This document shows, piece by piece, positions 44,153-55,214 of a stretch of DNA of 64,000 nt. Source of the DNA: an uncultured cyanobacterium. GTDB lineage: Bacteria; Cyanobacteriota; Cyanobacteriia; Leptolyngbyales; Leptolyngbyaceae. The DNA is taken from contig CAVPGX010000008.1 in the NCBI GenBank assembly GCA_963704065.1, positions 29,852 to 93,851 on the forward strand, in the 5' to 3' direction. A model generated the notes under the pieces. The model worked only from the letters and a program-made list of their open reading frames with translations, made no database searches and had not been told where the DNA came from. The position numbers and the translations under genes were made by a program. Positions within the stretch are counted from its first letter, which is position 1; the number at the start of each line of letters is the position of its first letter.

Positions 44153-44986
44153 ATGACAGTTGATGCACGGCTATATCAAATTGCTTTCCTCAGCAGTTTT
44201 TTGCTGCTCGGTTGGTTGGCACGGGATTGGACATTGGAGTGGGTGCATGTCGTGACGGTGATCGGGGTGTGTTTAATCACGCAGCTGATCGGTTTGCGGC
44301 TTGTTCAACCACATCATCAGTTTGATCTGGCCGTACTGTATAGCCCCATGATTACAGCGCTGGGCTTGTCATTGTTGCTGCGGGTGGATAGTCCCGTGAC
44401 GATGGCAGTTGCGGGTATCGTCGCGATCGGCTCGAAGTTTCTGATTCGGGCGCAGGAAAAGCATATTTTCAATCCAGCGAATTTTGGCATTGTCGTGGTG
44501 TTGAGTTGCACACGGGCGGCTTGGGTCTCACCGGGACAGTGGGGGACATCACTGTGGTTAGCGGGGATATTTCTGACGCTGGGAGGCTTAGTACTCAGAA
44601 AGGTCGGACGCTGGGATACAACGGCGGCATTTTTGGGATTTTATTATGGCTTAGAAGCGCTGCGTAATCTGTATCTTGGCTGGACCTGGGATGTGTGGGC
44701 GCATCGCATGATGAATGGCTCACTAATGCTGTTTGCGCTGTTCATGATTACTGATCCACGCACAATTCCCAACTCACGCGTGGGCCGATTGATTTTTGCC
44801 TTCCTGATCGCGGCATTGACGTTTGTGTTACGCAATTTATTTTTTGTCAACACGGCAGTGTTTTGGGCCTTGTTTGTGTTGGCACCATTCACACCACTGA
44901 TCGATCGACGCTTGATGGGAGATCGCTTCACTTGGCGCGATGACGATGCCGTGAGTCAGCCAACCGCTGGAAATCTGGCTAATTGA
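44153..44986 (+). CDS. Orphan RnfD/NqrB-family membrane protein
   Basis: AIGSKFLI...KHIFNPANFG and FMITDPRT motifs. Confidence 0.88.
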   Translation: MTVDARLYQIAFLSSFLLLGWLARDWTLEWVHVVTVIGVCLITQLIGLRLVQPHHQFDLAVLYSPMITALGLSLLLRVDSPVTMAVAGIVAIGSKFLIRAQEKHIFNPANFGIVVVLSCTRAAWVSPGQWGTSLWLAGIFLTLGGLVLRKVGRWDTTAAFLGFYYGLEALRNLYLGWTWDVWAHRMMNGSLMLFALFMITDPRTIPNSRVGRLIFAFLIAALTFVLRNLFFVNTAVFWALFVLAPFTPLIDRRLMGDRFTWRDDDAVSQPTAGNLAN

Positions 44987-45068
44987 TTGATTGTTGAGGA
45001 AATGGCCGATCGGGCTAAATTCCACACCTAGATGGGATTTTGAGATGTTGTGTTTTGGGTAATTGATC

Positions 45069-46440
45069 ATGCGATATTTACTGTCTCTGCTGCTGGCAGG
45101 ATTGATATTTTTTACCGGAATATCTCCGGCTTGGGCTTTTTGTGGATTTTATGTGGCGAAGGCTGATTCGAAGCTGTACAACAAAACCTCGCAGGTGGCG
45201 ATCGCCCGTAGCGGCGATCGGACAATCTTGACAATGGCCAATGATTACGAAGGCGAAGTTAAAGATTTTGCGATCGTGGTACCCGTGCCGACAGTGCTCA
45301 AAAAAGAGCAAGTACATGTCGCAGAGCCCACAGTCTTAGAACGGCTGGATGCGTTTAGTGCGCCCCGGCTGGTTGAGTATTTTGATGCGGATCCTTGTGC
45401 AGTGCCGGAGCGTTTTGGTGAATTTGATGATGCCCTAGCACGACCGAGTGCGGCATCCGAGAGAAAAGTCAGGGTTGCGACAACGGGCGAAGTCACTGGG
45501 GGTGACGATCGAGGAGCAATTCTCAGCGGGGGAATACGACATCCTGATTTTGAGTGCGAAGGAGTCGAGTGGCCTCAAAACATGGCTGAAGGAGAACGGA
45601 TACAAGCTACCGCGCGGTGCCAGTCAACTGCTCCAACCCTATATTCGACAGAAGATGAAGTTCTTCGTGGCGAAAGTGAACCTCGATCGGTTTGAGGGGG
45701 CGGGCTTTGCGCGCTTGCGGCCATTGCAGATTGCGTATGAGTCATCCCGATTTATGTTGCCGATTCGATTGGGTATGGTGAATGCGCAGTCGGCTCAAGA
45801 TTTGATTGTATATATTCTGTCGCCGGAAGGGCAGGCCGAGGTAACAAATTACCGCACGGTCAAAATCCCGTCGAATACAGAGGTGCCAACCTTTGTCAAA
45901 GATGAGTTTAATGATTTCTATCAGGCGATGTTTGCCACGTCCTACGATCAGGAAAATCGCAATGTGGCATTTCTGGAATATGCCTGGGATATGGCCGGTT
46001 GTGATCCTTGTTCGGCGGAGCCACTGACACCGCAGGAGTTGCGACAGGTAGGCGTCTTTTGGCTAGACCAACCACCGAATGATGCAATTGCGCCGAATGG
46101 GCGGCGGTTTATGCCGAGTCCGCGGGTATTTCTGACCCGCTTACATGTGCGCTATACGCGGGATAAGTTTCCCGAGGACTTGATGTTTCAGGCGACGCAT
46201 AACCAGTCATTTTTCCAGGGACGCTATGTAATGAATCATCCATTTACTGGGGAGATGCAGTGTGAGCAGGCACAATCCTACAAACGCAATCTGGTGAAAC
46301 GGTTTGAGCAAGAGGCGAAGAATCTGGCCCGGATGACAGGATGGGATATATCGACAATTCGCCGGAAGCAACCGACGATTGATCTGTCGGGGTTGCCTTG
46401 GTGGGAACGCTTCTGGAATCTGGTGCGGGGTAATGTGTAA
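45069..46440 (+). CDS. DUF2330 family exported protein (frameshift near 45450-45470)
   Basis: Signal peptide AWA|FCGFYVAK, FAIVVPVP, FDADPC. The second frame continues GEYDILIL, FFVAKV, LPIRLG, LTRLH. Confidence 0.85.
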
Positions 46441-46804
46441 ATCTGTGTGATGTGTGAAAGGTTGCGGGACAGCGGTTGTCCGATTGAATCTAGCTTGGGC
46501 TCAAATTGGCAGTTACGCCAGTTTGGGCATGCTGCACAACAACGAGGAAGTCTACAGCGGTCCGATCGGGTGATCAGGCAAAGGGGACAAAGACTGCAAA
46601 GGGTCACCAACACTACGGAAATCAGATTCTGCACGCCTAATGGTTTTGCGAGCAAGTGGTTTAATTCGGGTACGCAAGGTGAGATAGTCCAGATGCGCTT
46701 CATTCACCGCTGCCATTCAGCACTGCTAAAATAGAACAGATGTGTTGATTCAAAAGCGCGTCATTCGATAGCTTCTCGTTTAGATCGGAATCGCTATGTA
46801 GCAG

Positions 46805-48256
46805 TTAGTTGTTTGCTGGCACTGACTCCGATAACCGATCGCTGGAAGTAGCATCAGTGGCATTCTCGGATTCGAGCTGGAGTTTTGCAGACGCCGATCG
46901 GGCTGAATGGTACAGCCGCAACTGCGAGAAAACACGATAGGCATCGAGATTCGCCATTTCATCCTGCCACGATCGCTTCTGACCGGCTGTTGGTTCCATT
47001 TTGATCAGGTTATATTCAACGTTTTCCGCATAAATCGTAAACGTTACGTTGAAAATCTCAAGGAAATGTATAACCCACCAACACTCATTTTCTGGCCAGT
47101 TGCTGTAGTAATGAATCAACTCAGCAATGCGTGCCTCTAAGTAAAGTCGTGAATTCGGGGAGATCAAAATCAGCTTGAGCAGGGTCACCACTAGCGTCAT
47201 CGGATTCCCTTGTGAGAGCAGCAGTATAAATAGTGCAGAAGGCTCCTGGTGATCCTCAGTGGTTAAAAAATCAATCACCCGATTGGCGGTTCTCAAAATC
47301 AACGCATCATCAAGCCGCTTAGCGCTATGGTCAAGGTATAGCGCATCCAACTTTTCGGCAAGACGCACCTGCAGTGTATTGACAAACTCTGCATCACGTT
47401 GATCCGCCGAGAAAATTAAATACCGCTGCAGACTCTGCTTAAATTCGGCAAAGGGAACATTCTGCACCTGTGCGAGGAAAATCTGCGATAAACTTACGTA
47501 TCCGTAGCTACCCCGCTTCGCCACAACCGTTTTGATCAGGCGCAGCACATCTTCCCCCAAGGCGGTTGGGTTGTCTGGCATCGTTTGTGCCGCCACATTC
47601 AGTGACTGCGATCGCGCCACATACATAGCTAAATCCACCTTGTACTGATTGCGTAGTTGCTGTGCTAGTGTTCGCGCTGCTTCGCGTTGTTCAATGGGAT
47701 TTTCGAGGTTTGTATACTGTGGTACCAAACGGTAGGATGTGAAGCGATCAACCCAAGGGCCATCCTCTGCAGATTGGCGATTGTACCGGTCAATAAACAA
47801 TCGTAAATCCGCAAAATCCTGGCTACATTTGAATGCGCTAACCCAGTCCTGTAAACGTCTCAATGTTAGCGATGCGGTATCCCGCAGACGTACATCTTGA
47901 TCAAAAGCGGCGATTAAGTCTTTGATCGCATCTACTTGTCGCGTCGCATGCCAGTTATTGATCAAGATATAGCAACAGCGCTTCAGCGTATGGCAGAATT
48001 CCACCTGATCATTGGCAAAAACCAGCGTATAAACTTCATCGATCGCCGTGGATGTGACGTCATCAAAATAACAGAGGAATAAGCGTTTAAATTCATCCAA
48101 CACCGCTTCTGGAGGCCACGCTTTGACAGCTTCCAACAAGGATTCATAAATAATCCGCTGTGCTTGTTGCACTTGTATTTGTTGGACCTGATTAACAGAG
48201 CGACGATGATCCGGTAGCTCTGTATCGTTATGATTTGGCAATGCGTCTCCGATCAT
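46805..48256 (-). CDS. Hypothetical alpha-helical protein (483 aa)
   Basis: Long ORF with protein-like composition; no recognised catalytic motif. Confidence 0.8.
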   Translation of the reverse strand: MIGDALPNHNDTELPDHRRSVNQVQQIQVQQAQRIIYESLLEAVKAWPPEAVLDEFKRLFLCYFDDVTSTAIDEVYTLVFANDQVEFCHTLKRCCYILINNWHATRQVDAIKDLIAAFDQDVRLRDTASLTLRRLQDWVSAFKCSQDFADLRLFIDRYNRQSAEDGPWVDRFTSYRLVPQYTNLENPIEQREAARTLAQQLRNQYKVDLAMYVARSQSLNVAAQTMPDNPTALGEDVLRLIKTVVAKRGSYGYVSLSQIFLAQVQNVPFAEFKQSLQRYLIFSADQRDAEFVNTLQVRLAEKLDALYLDHSAKRLDDALILRTANRVIDFLTTEDHQEPSALFILLLSQGNPMTLVVTLLKLILISPNSRLYLEARIAELIHYYSNWPENECWWVIHFLEIFNVTFTIYAENVEYNLIKMEPTAGQKRSWQDEMANLDAYRVFSQLRLYHSARSASAKLQLESENATDATSSDRLSESVPANN

Positions 48257-48496
48257 GCGACTGCAGGAGCTAGGGGTCTCTTTTTACACGGTTACCTATA
48301 GGGAGGATTCTAGTCGATAGTTTTGCCCAGCGGCGGAAACGTATCGACAAATTTGTTATCCCTTTAAGTTGTTATTCCCTGAATCAAGCAATCTTCAACT
48401 ATCGGCACCCACAAATTGGCCGCAATTGCAACGAAACCCCGTGTAGTGGATTATGCCAAGCGCGGTCACAGACAGTGTATTTATCAGATTAATGGA

Positions 48497-48579
48497 TGGG
48501 GGCAGAGGGACTTGAACCCTCACGACCTTGCGGTCAACGGATTTTAAGTCCGTAGCGTCTACCATTCCGCCATGCCCCC
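48497..48579 (-). tRNA. trnL: tRNA-Leu(UAA), intron-less
   Basis: GGGGGCA acceptor stem, anticodon arm ACGGA-CT-TAA-AA-TCCGT, long variable arm, GGTTCAAGTCC T-arm. Confidence 0.97.
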
Positions 48580-48988
48580 GGACAATTGGCTCAATCATTA
48601 TTGGGCCATGATCACCAAGGAATACTAAACCTTAGCCAAGCGGCTGATTAAGCTGCTTAATCTATTGCATCATTAAACTGTAATTTCGATCAACCTTTTT
48701 CGAAAATTCACTCGGTATCCTCCCAGCTGATCCGGCGATTACTACGATGACGCCTACATAGATTACCGGATGTAGGGGTGGTACTACGATGATCTTCTTC
48801 CACTCAATATTTTTGATGATTTGTCCCAGAATCGTCGCATTGACTATACGATCGCGGCGATTGCCGCTTAAAATAGCGTAGGGAATTGGATGCTAAAGTT
48901 GCTTAATGCGCTTTGTGTCGGTTCGATTTCGCTGGGTCCACTGTTGCCCGATGATTCATCTGCTACTCTTCCTGGAACTATAAGACTT

Positions 48989-49201
48989 ATGCTGGTTGCA
49001 CTGTTGTACCTCATGCTGGGTGGCGCATACTTGTTTGTGATGCCATTGGCCATTTTTTTTCTGCTGAAGCAACGCTGGTATGTTGCAAGCTCGATCGAGC
49101 GTGTCTTTCTATATTTCCTGGTATTCTTGTTCTTCCCTGGTTTGCTGGTGCTGGCGCCATTTCTGAATTTCCGACCAGCGAAGCGGGCGATTCCAAATTA
49201 A
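48989..49201 (+). CDS. ndhL: NDH-1 subunit L
   Basis: [24 protein letters not shown]...APFLNFRP; ndhL-DUF3007-trpA gene order. Confidence 0.96.
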   Translation: MLVALLYLMLGGAYLFVMPLAIFFLLKQRWYVASSIERVFLYFLVFLFFPGLLVLAPFLNFRPAKRAIPN

Positions 49202-49268
49202 TCATGTATGGCATCACTCACTTGGTGCGCCAATCTTTCAATCAGTAATCGTTGTTTCAGAGTAGCTT

Positions 49269-49614
49269 ATGCGGCGCATTGACATTATTTTTATTGGTCT
49301 AGGCGTGTTTCGCCGCGGGCGGTCTGTTGTATTGGGGATTTGAGGTTGCTGGCTTTGACTCGACTGATGCCGGAGTTTGGAGTCAGTTTTTTATGGTGCT
49401 GGCGCTAGTCGGGTGGGTGGCAACTTATCTTTACCGTGCGCTCACAAAGAAGATGACCTACATACAGCAGCTGAAGGATTACGAAAGTGCCGTCATCGAA
49501 AAGCGCTATGCCGAACTATCGCCGGAAGCATTAGAAAAATTGCAAGCGGAAGTCATCGAATTGCAGCAACAGCGCGCTGCCCGATCCGGAAAGCCGCCGA
49601 CTCAAGAATCATAA
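49269..49614 (+). CDS. DUF3007 family protein (frameshift at TTT 49308-49310)
   Basis: Removing one T gives MRRIDIIFIGLGVFAAGGLLYW...AGVWSQ...KMTYIQQLKDYE. Confidence 0.88.
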
Positions 49615-49672
49615 GCCTCAGTACCAATGCAAGTATGCCGCCCCGCCACTCGTTTCTGCGCACACGTGAACC

Positions 49673-50491
49673 ATGACTACTGCTACTCGCTTATCCGTTT
49701 CCGAGAAATTCACCTATTTGCGTGATCGGGCCCAGTGTGCCTTGATTCCGTTTATTACTGCGGGTGATCCTGATCTGCAGACGACTGCTAAAGCCCTTCG
49801 CATTCTTGATCAGCAGGGCGCTGATATTATCGAGTTGGGTGTCCCTTACTCTGATCCACTGGCCGATGGACCGGTAATTCAAGCAGCGGCAACCCGTGCT
49901 TTAGCCAACGGCACGAAGCTCGAAGATGTGCTGGCGATGATGCAGCAAGTTGTCCCCAGTATCAAAGCCCCGATCGTGCTGTTTACTTATTACAATCCGA
50001 TCATCAATCGTGGTATTGATCAATTCTTACAGGCAATCAAAGCTGCCGGTGCCAGTGGTTTAGTTGTTCCAGATTTGCCCTTAGAAGAGGCCGATACGCT
50101 CCTGAAGCCAGCGGCGGAATACGGCATTGAAGTTATTTTGCTCGTCGCACCGACCAGTTCGCCTGATCGAATTAAAGCCATCGCCGCGAAATCTCAGGGC
50201 TTTATCTACCTCGTCAGTACCACAGGCGTTACCGGGATACGCAGTCAGGTCCAGGGCCGTGTTCGCGATATGCTACTACAACTACGCCAATTTACCGATA
50301 AGCCGATCGGGGTTGGATTTGGTATTTCTCAGCCGGACCAGGCCAAGCAAATGATGGAATGGGGGGCGGACGGTGCGATTGTGGGGAGTGCTTTTGTCAA
50401 ACGGCTGAATGAGGGTAGCCCCGTTGAAGGATTACGATCGATTGGTGAATTCTGCCAAAGTCTGAAGGCCGCAATTACCCCTGAAGGTTAG
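49673..50491 (+). CDS. trpA: Tryptophan synthase alpha subunit
   Basis: [34 protein letters not shown]. Confidence 0.99.
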   Translation: MTTATRLSVSEKFTYLRDRAQCALIPFITAGDPDLQTTAKALRILDQQGADIIELGVPYSDPLADGPVIQAAATRALANGTKLEDVLAMMQQVVPSIKAPIVLFTYYNPIINRGIDQFLQAIKAAGASGLVVPDLPLEEADTLLKPAAEYGIEVILLVAPTSSPDRIKAIAAKSQGFIYLVSTTGVTGIRSQVQGRVRDMLLQLRQFTDKPIGVGFGISQPDQAKQMMEWGADGAIVGSAFVKRLNEGSPVEGLRSIGEFCQSLKAAITPEG

Positions 50492-50493
50492 GC

Positions 50494-51057
50494 ATGATGG
50501 CAGAGCAGCCAAACCAATCAGTTAATCTAGCCCAGCAGGATCTCCAGCGCGGTCAAAAAGCCTTTGAGTCGGGGCAGTATCGTGTTTCGATCAAATGCTT
50601 GGAGCAGGCCCTCGCTGCCGCCGCTCCTGGTACAGCGACGCATGGAGAAATTACAATTTGGCTGGTCATGGCGTATGAAGCAGCCGGCGATCGTGAGCCA
50701 GCGAGAGTCCTCTGTAAAGTCGCTTCCAAGCATCCGCATTGGGACACCCGCAAAGAAGGTAAACGCTTACTCTATATTCTCGACGCTCCAGTATTGCGCC
50801 GCCGTGAAGAATGGCAAACTAAGATTCCTGACCTCGAAGCCCTTGACGAAAAACCCGATCGCAGAAATTGGGGTGGCCCAGTGTCTCGAACCGCTCTGCC
50901 CCGCCGACCAATTGCTCCACCCAGTGGCTATCAAATTCCCGCACCGACTGATCCAAATCAAGTGGAAACCGAGGATGGTGCATTTACTTGGGTGGTGTTT
51001 GGCCTGATCGGCATTGTCCTCGTCGGGTTGGCTTGGTCTGGTTTTGCCGGTGGTTAA
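50494..51057 (+). CDS. TPR-like protein with C-terminal TM anchor
   Basis: GQKAFESGQY, IWLVMAYEAAG, RLLYILDAP; hydrophobic tail. Confidence 0.8.
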   Translation: MMAEQPNQSVNLAQQDLQRGQKAFESGQYRVSIKCLEQALAAAAPGTATHGEITIWLVMAYEAAGDREPARVLCKVASKHPHWDTRKEGKRLLYILDAPVLRRREEWQTKIPDLEALDEKPDRRNWGGPVSRTALPRRPIAPPSGYQIPAPTDPNQVETEDGAFTWVVFGLIGIVLVGLAWSGFAGG

Positions 51058-51087
51058 TGTCAGGCTGCCTCAGTGGCTCTGTCTTGC

Positions 51088-51960
51088 TCATCCACCGAAC
51101 CAGTTTCTGATCCACAGGTCATACACTGATAGCAAAATCTCAACCACAATCAGAATGACGATATACCACTCAACCCGATGACTACTATCGCGTTGCAGAA
51201 TGCCTAAGGCGGTTTCTACTGTTTTGCCAATTAGCGCTAGTTTCCGCTCTAAGGCCAGTAGACGTTCACGTAATTCATACTCATCCTCGAGCCGTAAGTA
51301 GAGTCGCTCAAGTTCGGGATGATCCCAAATCGGATCAGGTTTTTCTCCCACCTCGACGGTGCCGAGCATTTTCTGCTGGATTAGCAATGTCCCACCCACA
51401 TCACGTAATAATTCATGTTCCTTTGGCAGACTGGCCTGTTGATTTTGAATGGCAGTGGTAAAGATCCGCATCCGATCGAAGATCTTGGCAATTTCAGCTT
51501 CGTAATATTCCAGCACCACACTTTTTGCCAGCGCTTCTGCCACGATTTGGAGTCGTTCTGGATCATGATTGCGTAACCACAACACGTCCCGTTCAATCCG
51601 TTCTTTCGTTCCGGCTTTGAAGGCCAGTGTGAGCTGCTCCGACACCATTTCGGTGATCGGCTCTTTGATAAAGGGTTGAAGTGTTTCGAGCAAATTGGTG
51701 GCTTCGAGTTCGGTTAAATTAAATGAAACCACGACTCCATAGCGTAATAAAACCACACAACCCGATTCCCCGACGCGAATCAGTAAAGGATTAGTCGCAA
51801 GTGGGTCAGTTGTTTCCAGTGTTTTCAGAATTAACCGCTCACCGACTAAACAGACATTCACCCCAATGCGCGCTGACTCCGACCAATCGATCGGGACGAG
51901 TGTGAGTGGCTCAACCGCCGGGTGCGCCGCCGTACGATCATCCGAAGCATGAAGTGGCAT
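51088..51960 (-). CDS. RMD1/DUF155 family protein
   Basis: YGVVVSFN, LAKSVVLEYYE, EYELRER, EWYIVILIVVEI. Confidence 0.9.
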   Translation of the reverse strand: MPLHASDDRTAAHPAVEPLTLVPIDWSESARIGVNVCLVGERLILKTLETTDPLATNPLLIRVGESGCVVLLRYGVVVSFNLTELEATNLLETLQPFIKEPITEMVSEQLTLAFKAGTKERIERDVLWLRNHDPERLQIVAEALAKSVVLEYYEAEIAKIFDRMRIFTTAIQNQQASLPKEHELLRDVGGTLLIQQKMLGTVEVGEKPDPIWDHPELERLYLRLEDEYELRERLLALERKLALIGKTVETALGILQRDSSHRVEWYIVILIVVEILLSVYDLWIRNWFGG

Positions 51961-52206
51961 TAGAGGAAATAGTCATTCAGTCTCCGCAATAGTACTAGCA
52001 ATCTTACTACTCAGCATATTTGATGAAAGTTTTGATCCAACGCAAACTTCAATAAACCACAATAATCCTCCATCCAAGCTGACCCATGCCTACAACCGCG
52101 ATTGGCGTACAACTTTACCACTGCTCGGGCTGTTGTAGCAGGCTAAACTCAGGCTAAACTTAAGTACCATCGTTGACCACTGCTGATCTGTACGTGTCTC
52201 AAGCCT

Positions 52207-52968
52207 ATGCGTCTTAAAGCCACCGCTTTTCCTTCTGTTTTCCGCCGCGCTGGTTGTGGCAGGCTGATTCAAGTGCTTCAAAATCACTTCCAACACTGGC
52301 GATCGGCACTGCTAATGATGATTTTAGCCTTCGGTTTGACCGGTTGTCTGGATGCGCAAACTCGTATCCAATTTGACACCCCACATCGTGGACAGCTGGT
52401 GCAAAGCATCCAACTTGGCAGTCAACTCGCCGCCGCTCAAGACTGGCTGAACCAGCTCGAAACCCGAGCGAAGCAATTAGATGGTAAGGTTCAGCGGCCA
52501 TCCCCGCAAGCGTTGTTGGTTACCTTACCCTTCACTAATGCCGCTGACTTAGAAACCAAGTTTAATCAATTAGTCAGTTCGCCCCCGCAATCAGCGGCAG
52601 GCGGTGAAATGATTCCAGCGCTCAATGCCCATCTGCAAGTCAACACCAGTAACTTGCTGCTCCTGCAGCGCAACCACTTGATTTATGACATTGATCTCAC
52701 GTCACTGGGGCTGCAGTCGGCAACCGGCGATGTTTTATTCAATACCGGCGACGTCATGACGCTCAGCTTTGGCCTGACTGGACCATGGGGTGCTGGAGGT
52801 CCAGCCGTTGATCAGCAACAAGACGGTCAAGCAATGTGGAGCATCAAACCGGGACAGACCAACCACATTGAGGCAACGCTATGGATGCCGAATCCCATTG
52901 GGTTGGGGACGGTGGCGATCGTTGGATTGGTTGTGGCTGGCACTTACTACATCCGCAAGTCAGCTTAA
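52207..52968 (+). CDS. DUF3153 family lipoprotein
   Basis: Lipobox GLTGC, W.IKPGQTNHIEA, C-terminal PIGLG TM; start uncertain. Confidence 0.8.
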   Translation: MRLKATAFPSVFRRAGCGRLIQVLQNHFQHWRSALLMMILAFGLTGCLDAQTRIQFDTPHRGQLVQSIQLGSQLAAAQDWLNQLETRAKQLDGKVQRPSPQALLVTLPFTNAADLETKFNQLVSSPPQSAAGGEMIPALNAHLQVNTSNLLLLQRNHLIYDIDLTSLGLQSATGDVLFNTGDVMTLSFGLTGPWGAGGPAVDQQQDGQAMWSIKPGQTNHIEATLWMPNPIGLGTVAIVGLVVAGTYYIRKSA

Positions 52969-53023
52969 GTGTGGCTGACATAAACCTCATCGACCAGGAA
53001 ATTCCCGTCGCACCGCGCCCAGA

Positions 53024-54154
53024 ATGCGAAGATTTACCAACCGTCAACTCCTGCGTTGGCTACTGATTGGCTTACTTCCCCCCATCCTTTGGCTCAATGC
53101 CTATGTGTTGGGGCAGCTGCTCGGGTTTTTCCAAAGTTTGGTACAGATGACGGCAATCGCCGCAATTCTGGCGTTTTTACTGGACTATCCGGTGACGTTT
53201 CTCCGGCGACTTCGCATCAATCAGACAGCCGCCGTCATTCTGGTCTTTCTGATCACAATTGCCGTCTTAGTGATTTTGGGGATTACCCTTGTTCCCATCC
53301 TGAGTGACCAAATCAATCAACTGGCAAATCGTATTCCACAGTGGCTGGCGGAAAGCGAGCGCAATCTGCAGGGAATCGATGAATGGGCTCAAAGCCACAA
53401 TTACAATCTCGATTTAAAGGGGTTCATTGGGCGGAGCACGGCCCAAATCAATCAGCAGCTTGAGCAACAAGCACAGGAGATTGCAAAAGTCGGTGTCGAT
53501 GTCGCGATCGGCACCCTATCAGGCGTGATCAACAGCATTATTGTGTTTGTGCTGGCATTTTATATGTTGCTCTATGGACGACAGCTGTGGTACGGATTAC
53601 TCCAATTTATGCCGGACGATATTGCGCAAGCGCTATCACAATCCTTACGATTAAATTTCAACGGTTTCTTTCTCAGCCAATTGATTTTGGCCGTTTTTAT
53701 GGCCGTGGCGCTATTGCCGTTTTTTCTTTGGTTGAAAGTCCCTTTCGCGCTACTTTTTACACTATTAATCGGATTTGCGGAATTAATTCCGCTGATTGGT
53801 CCGACCCTAGGCATCGGTACGGTTTGTCTGCTACTGCTCTTCCAGAATATTGGATTAGCATTGCAAGTCGCTTTTGTCTGCACGATTTTGCAGCAGATTC
53901 GGGATAACTTAATCGCGCCCAAGCTCATGGGGGATATTACCGGCCTCAACCCCGTCTACGTTTTTATCGTGCTATTGCTGGGACTGCAGAGTGGTGGCAT
54001 CATTGGGGCGTTTCTGGCGGTCCCGATCGCGGGTACTGTCAAAGGAACGCTTGAAGCAATTTCCAGGCAACGCCAACAAGCGACTCACCCACCTCCACCA
54101 ACAGTCGTGACCGAAATCATCACTGAAGTGCCGCCGGAAATTGATCTCGACTAG
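53024..54154 (+). CDS. AI-2E family transporter
   Basis: AILAFLLDYPV, LIPLIGP, DNLIAPKLMG...GLNPV, AVPIAG. Confidence 0.93.
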   Translation: MRRFTNRQLLRWLLIGLLPPILWLNAYVLGQLLGFFQSLVQMTAIAAILAFLLDYPVTFLRRLRINQTAAVILVFLITIAVLVILGITLVPILSDQINQLANRIPQWLAESERNLQGIDEWAQSHNYNLDLKGFIGRSTAQINQQLEQQAQEIAKVGVDVAIGTLSGVINSIIVFVLAFYMLLYGRQLWYGLLQFMPDDIAQALSQSLRLNFNGFFLSQLILAVFMAVALLPFFLWLKVPFALLFTLLIGFAELIPLIGPTLGIGTVCLLLLFQNIGLALQVAFVCTILQQIRDNLIAPKLMGDITGLNPVYVFIVLLLGLQSGGIIGAFLAVPIAGTVKGTLEAISRQRQQATHPPPPTVVTEIITEVPPEIDLD

Positions 54155-54253
54155 TGCGATCGATGTGGTCGCTTCAGGTGATGGGTGGCCATTGCTCACA
54201 GGGTTAAAAACGCTATGATAAATTCATTTGCACTATTGCGCTTCTCCAGTACA

Positions 54254-54367
54254 ATGTTGAGCAAATTCGGAGAACCCGAGAGTCTTTGGAGCTTGTGGGT
54301 GCCGATTATCTTACTCGTCTTAATTGTGATATCCGCATTTTACTTTCTTCGAGTCGCAACCCGCTAA
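54254..54367 (+). CDS. Possible 37-aa single-TM protein
   Basis: LWVPIILLVLIVISAFYFLR; its stop codon lies 1 nt before the scpA ATG. Confidence 0.5.
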   Translation: MLSKFGEPESLWSLWVPIILLVLIVISAFYFLRVATR

Positions 54368-54368
54368 C

Positions 54369-55214
54369 ATGGCGCAATCTTTAGCACGGGACGCAATCGC
54401 ATTTTTGATCGATCTGGCGGAAAGGGGCGAGATTGATCCTTGGGATGTCAAGGTCGTTGATGTCATCGATCGCTTTCTCAATGAACTTTCTCCTTTTACG
54501 GTCGGTAGCCGCGACCACTATGCCAACAACTTAACGCAGTCGGGACAGGCTTTTCTTTATGCCTCGATGTTATTGCTACTCAAGGCTGATAGCCTAACGC
54601 AGCCCGAACCCGAGGCATTGACCGATGACTACATGGATGATGGTGGCTTGTATGATGAACTGCCGGCCAACGTCCTGCCGATGAACTTGGAGCGATCGCT
54701 GCGGCGGCGGGCCGTGGCCCGTCCACCGGTCCGTCGCCGCGTCACGCTACAGGAACTGATTAATCAGCTGGAAGTGATCGCGACAGCGCTAGATGATGAT
54801 GTGCCACAGCGGCGGCGTAAAACCCGCCCCAAGTCGCAATCACGCTCCCAAGCCGTCAAGGTAATCGCGCAGTTAGCGCACCAGGAAAACCTGACGGAAA
54901 TGGCCGTTGCCCTGGAAGAATTTTTTGTGGAGTATTGGTCTGAATTGTCTCAGGGCAAGGAGTGGATTGACTTCGACCTATTGGTAGAGTTTTGGCAGGA
55001 AACCAAAGCGGCGGAATTTTCGGTTGATCAACAGCTGCATGGTGCGGATCCCAATATTCATGAACGTGTTGGTGTATTCTGGGCCTTGTTGCTACTTGCA
55101 TCCCAATCGAAAGTCGATTTATCGCAAGAAACTTTTTATCAAGACCTCCGCGTCCGTTCTCTGGCGGCGGGTTTAGGTGAAATTGATGCATTAGCGGCGA
55201 TCGCGGTTGACTAG
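54369..55214 (+). CDS. scpA: Segregation and condensation protein A (kleisin)
   Basis: GEIDPWDV.V, A..LLLLKAD, RRVTLQELI, VFWALLLLASQSKVDLSQ. Confidence 0.93.
   Translation: MAQSLARDAIAFLIDLAERGEIDPWDVKVVDVIDRFLNELSPFTVGSRDHYANNLTQSGQAFLYASMLLLLKADSLTQPEPEALTDDYMDDGGLYDELPANVLPMNLERSLRRRAVARPPVRRRVTLQELINQLEVIATALDDDVPQRRRKTRPKSQSRSQAVKVIAQLAHQENLTEMAVALEEFFVEYWSELSQGKEWIDFDLLVEFWQETKAAEFSVDQQLHGADPNIHERVGVFWALLLLASQSKVDLSQETFYQDLRVRSLAAGLGEIDALAAIAVD

Noticed and set aside
46278-46734. Opposing 141-aa and 95-aa ORFs after DUF2330
   Set aside because: No recognisable motif or RBS, and they overlap each other and a neighbour.
48400-48497. Integrated island at the tRNA-Leu 3' end
   Set aside because: No integrase, and no second copy of the tRNA 3' end seen in the window.
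48395-48598. 67-aa ORF
   Set aside because: It overlaps the tRNA-Leu gene; spurious.
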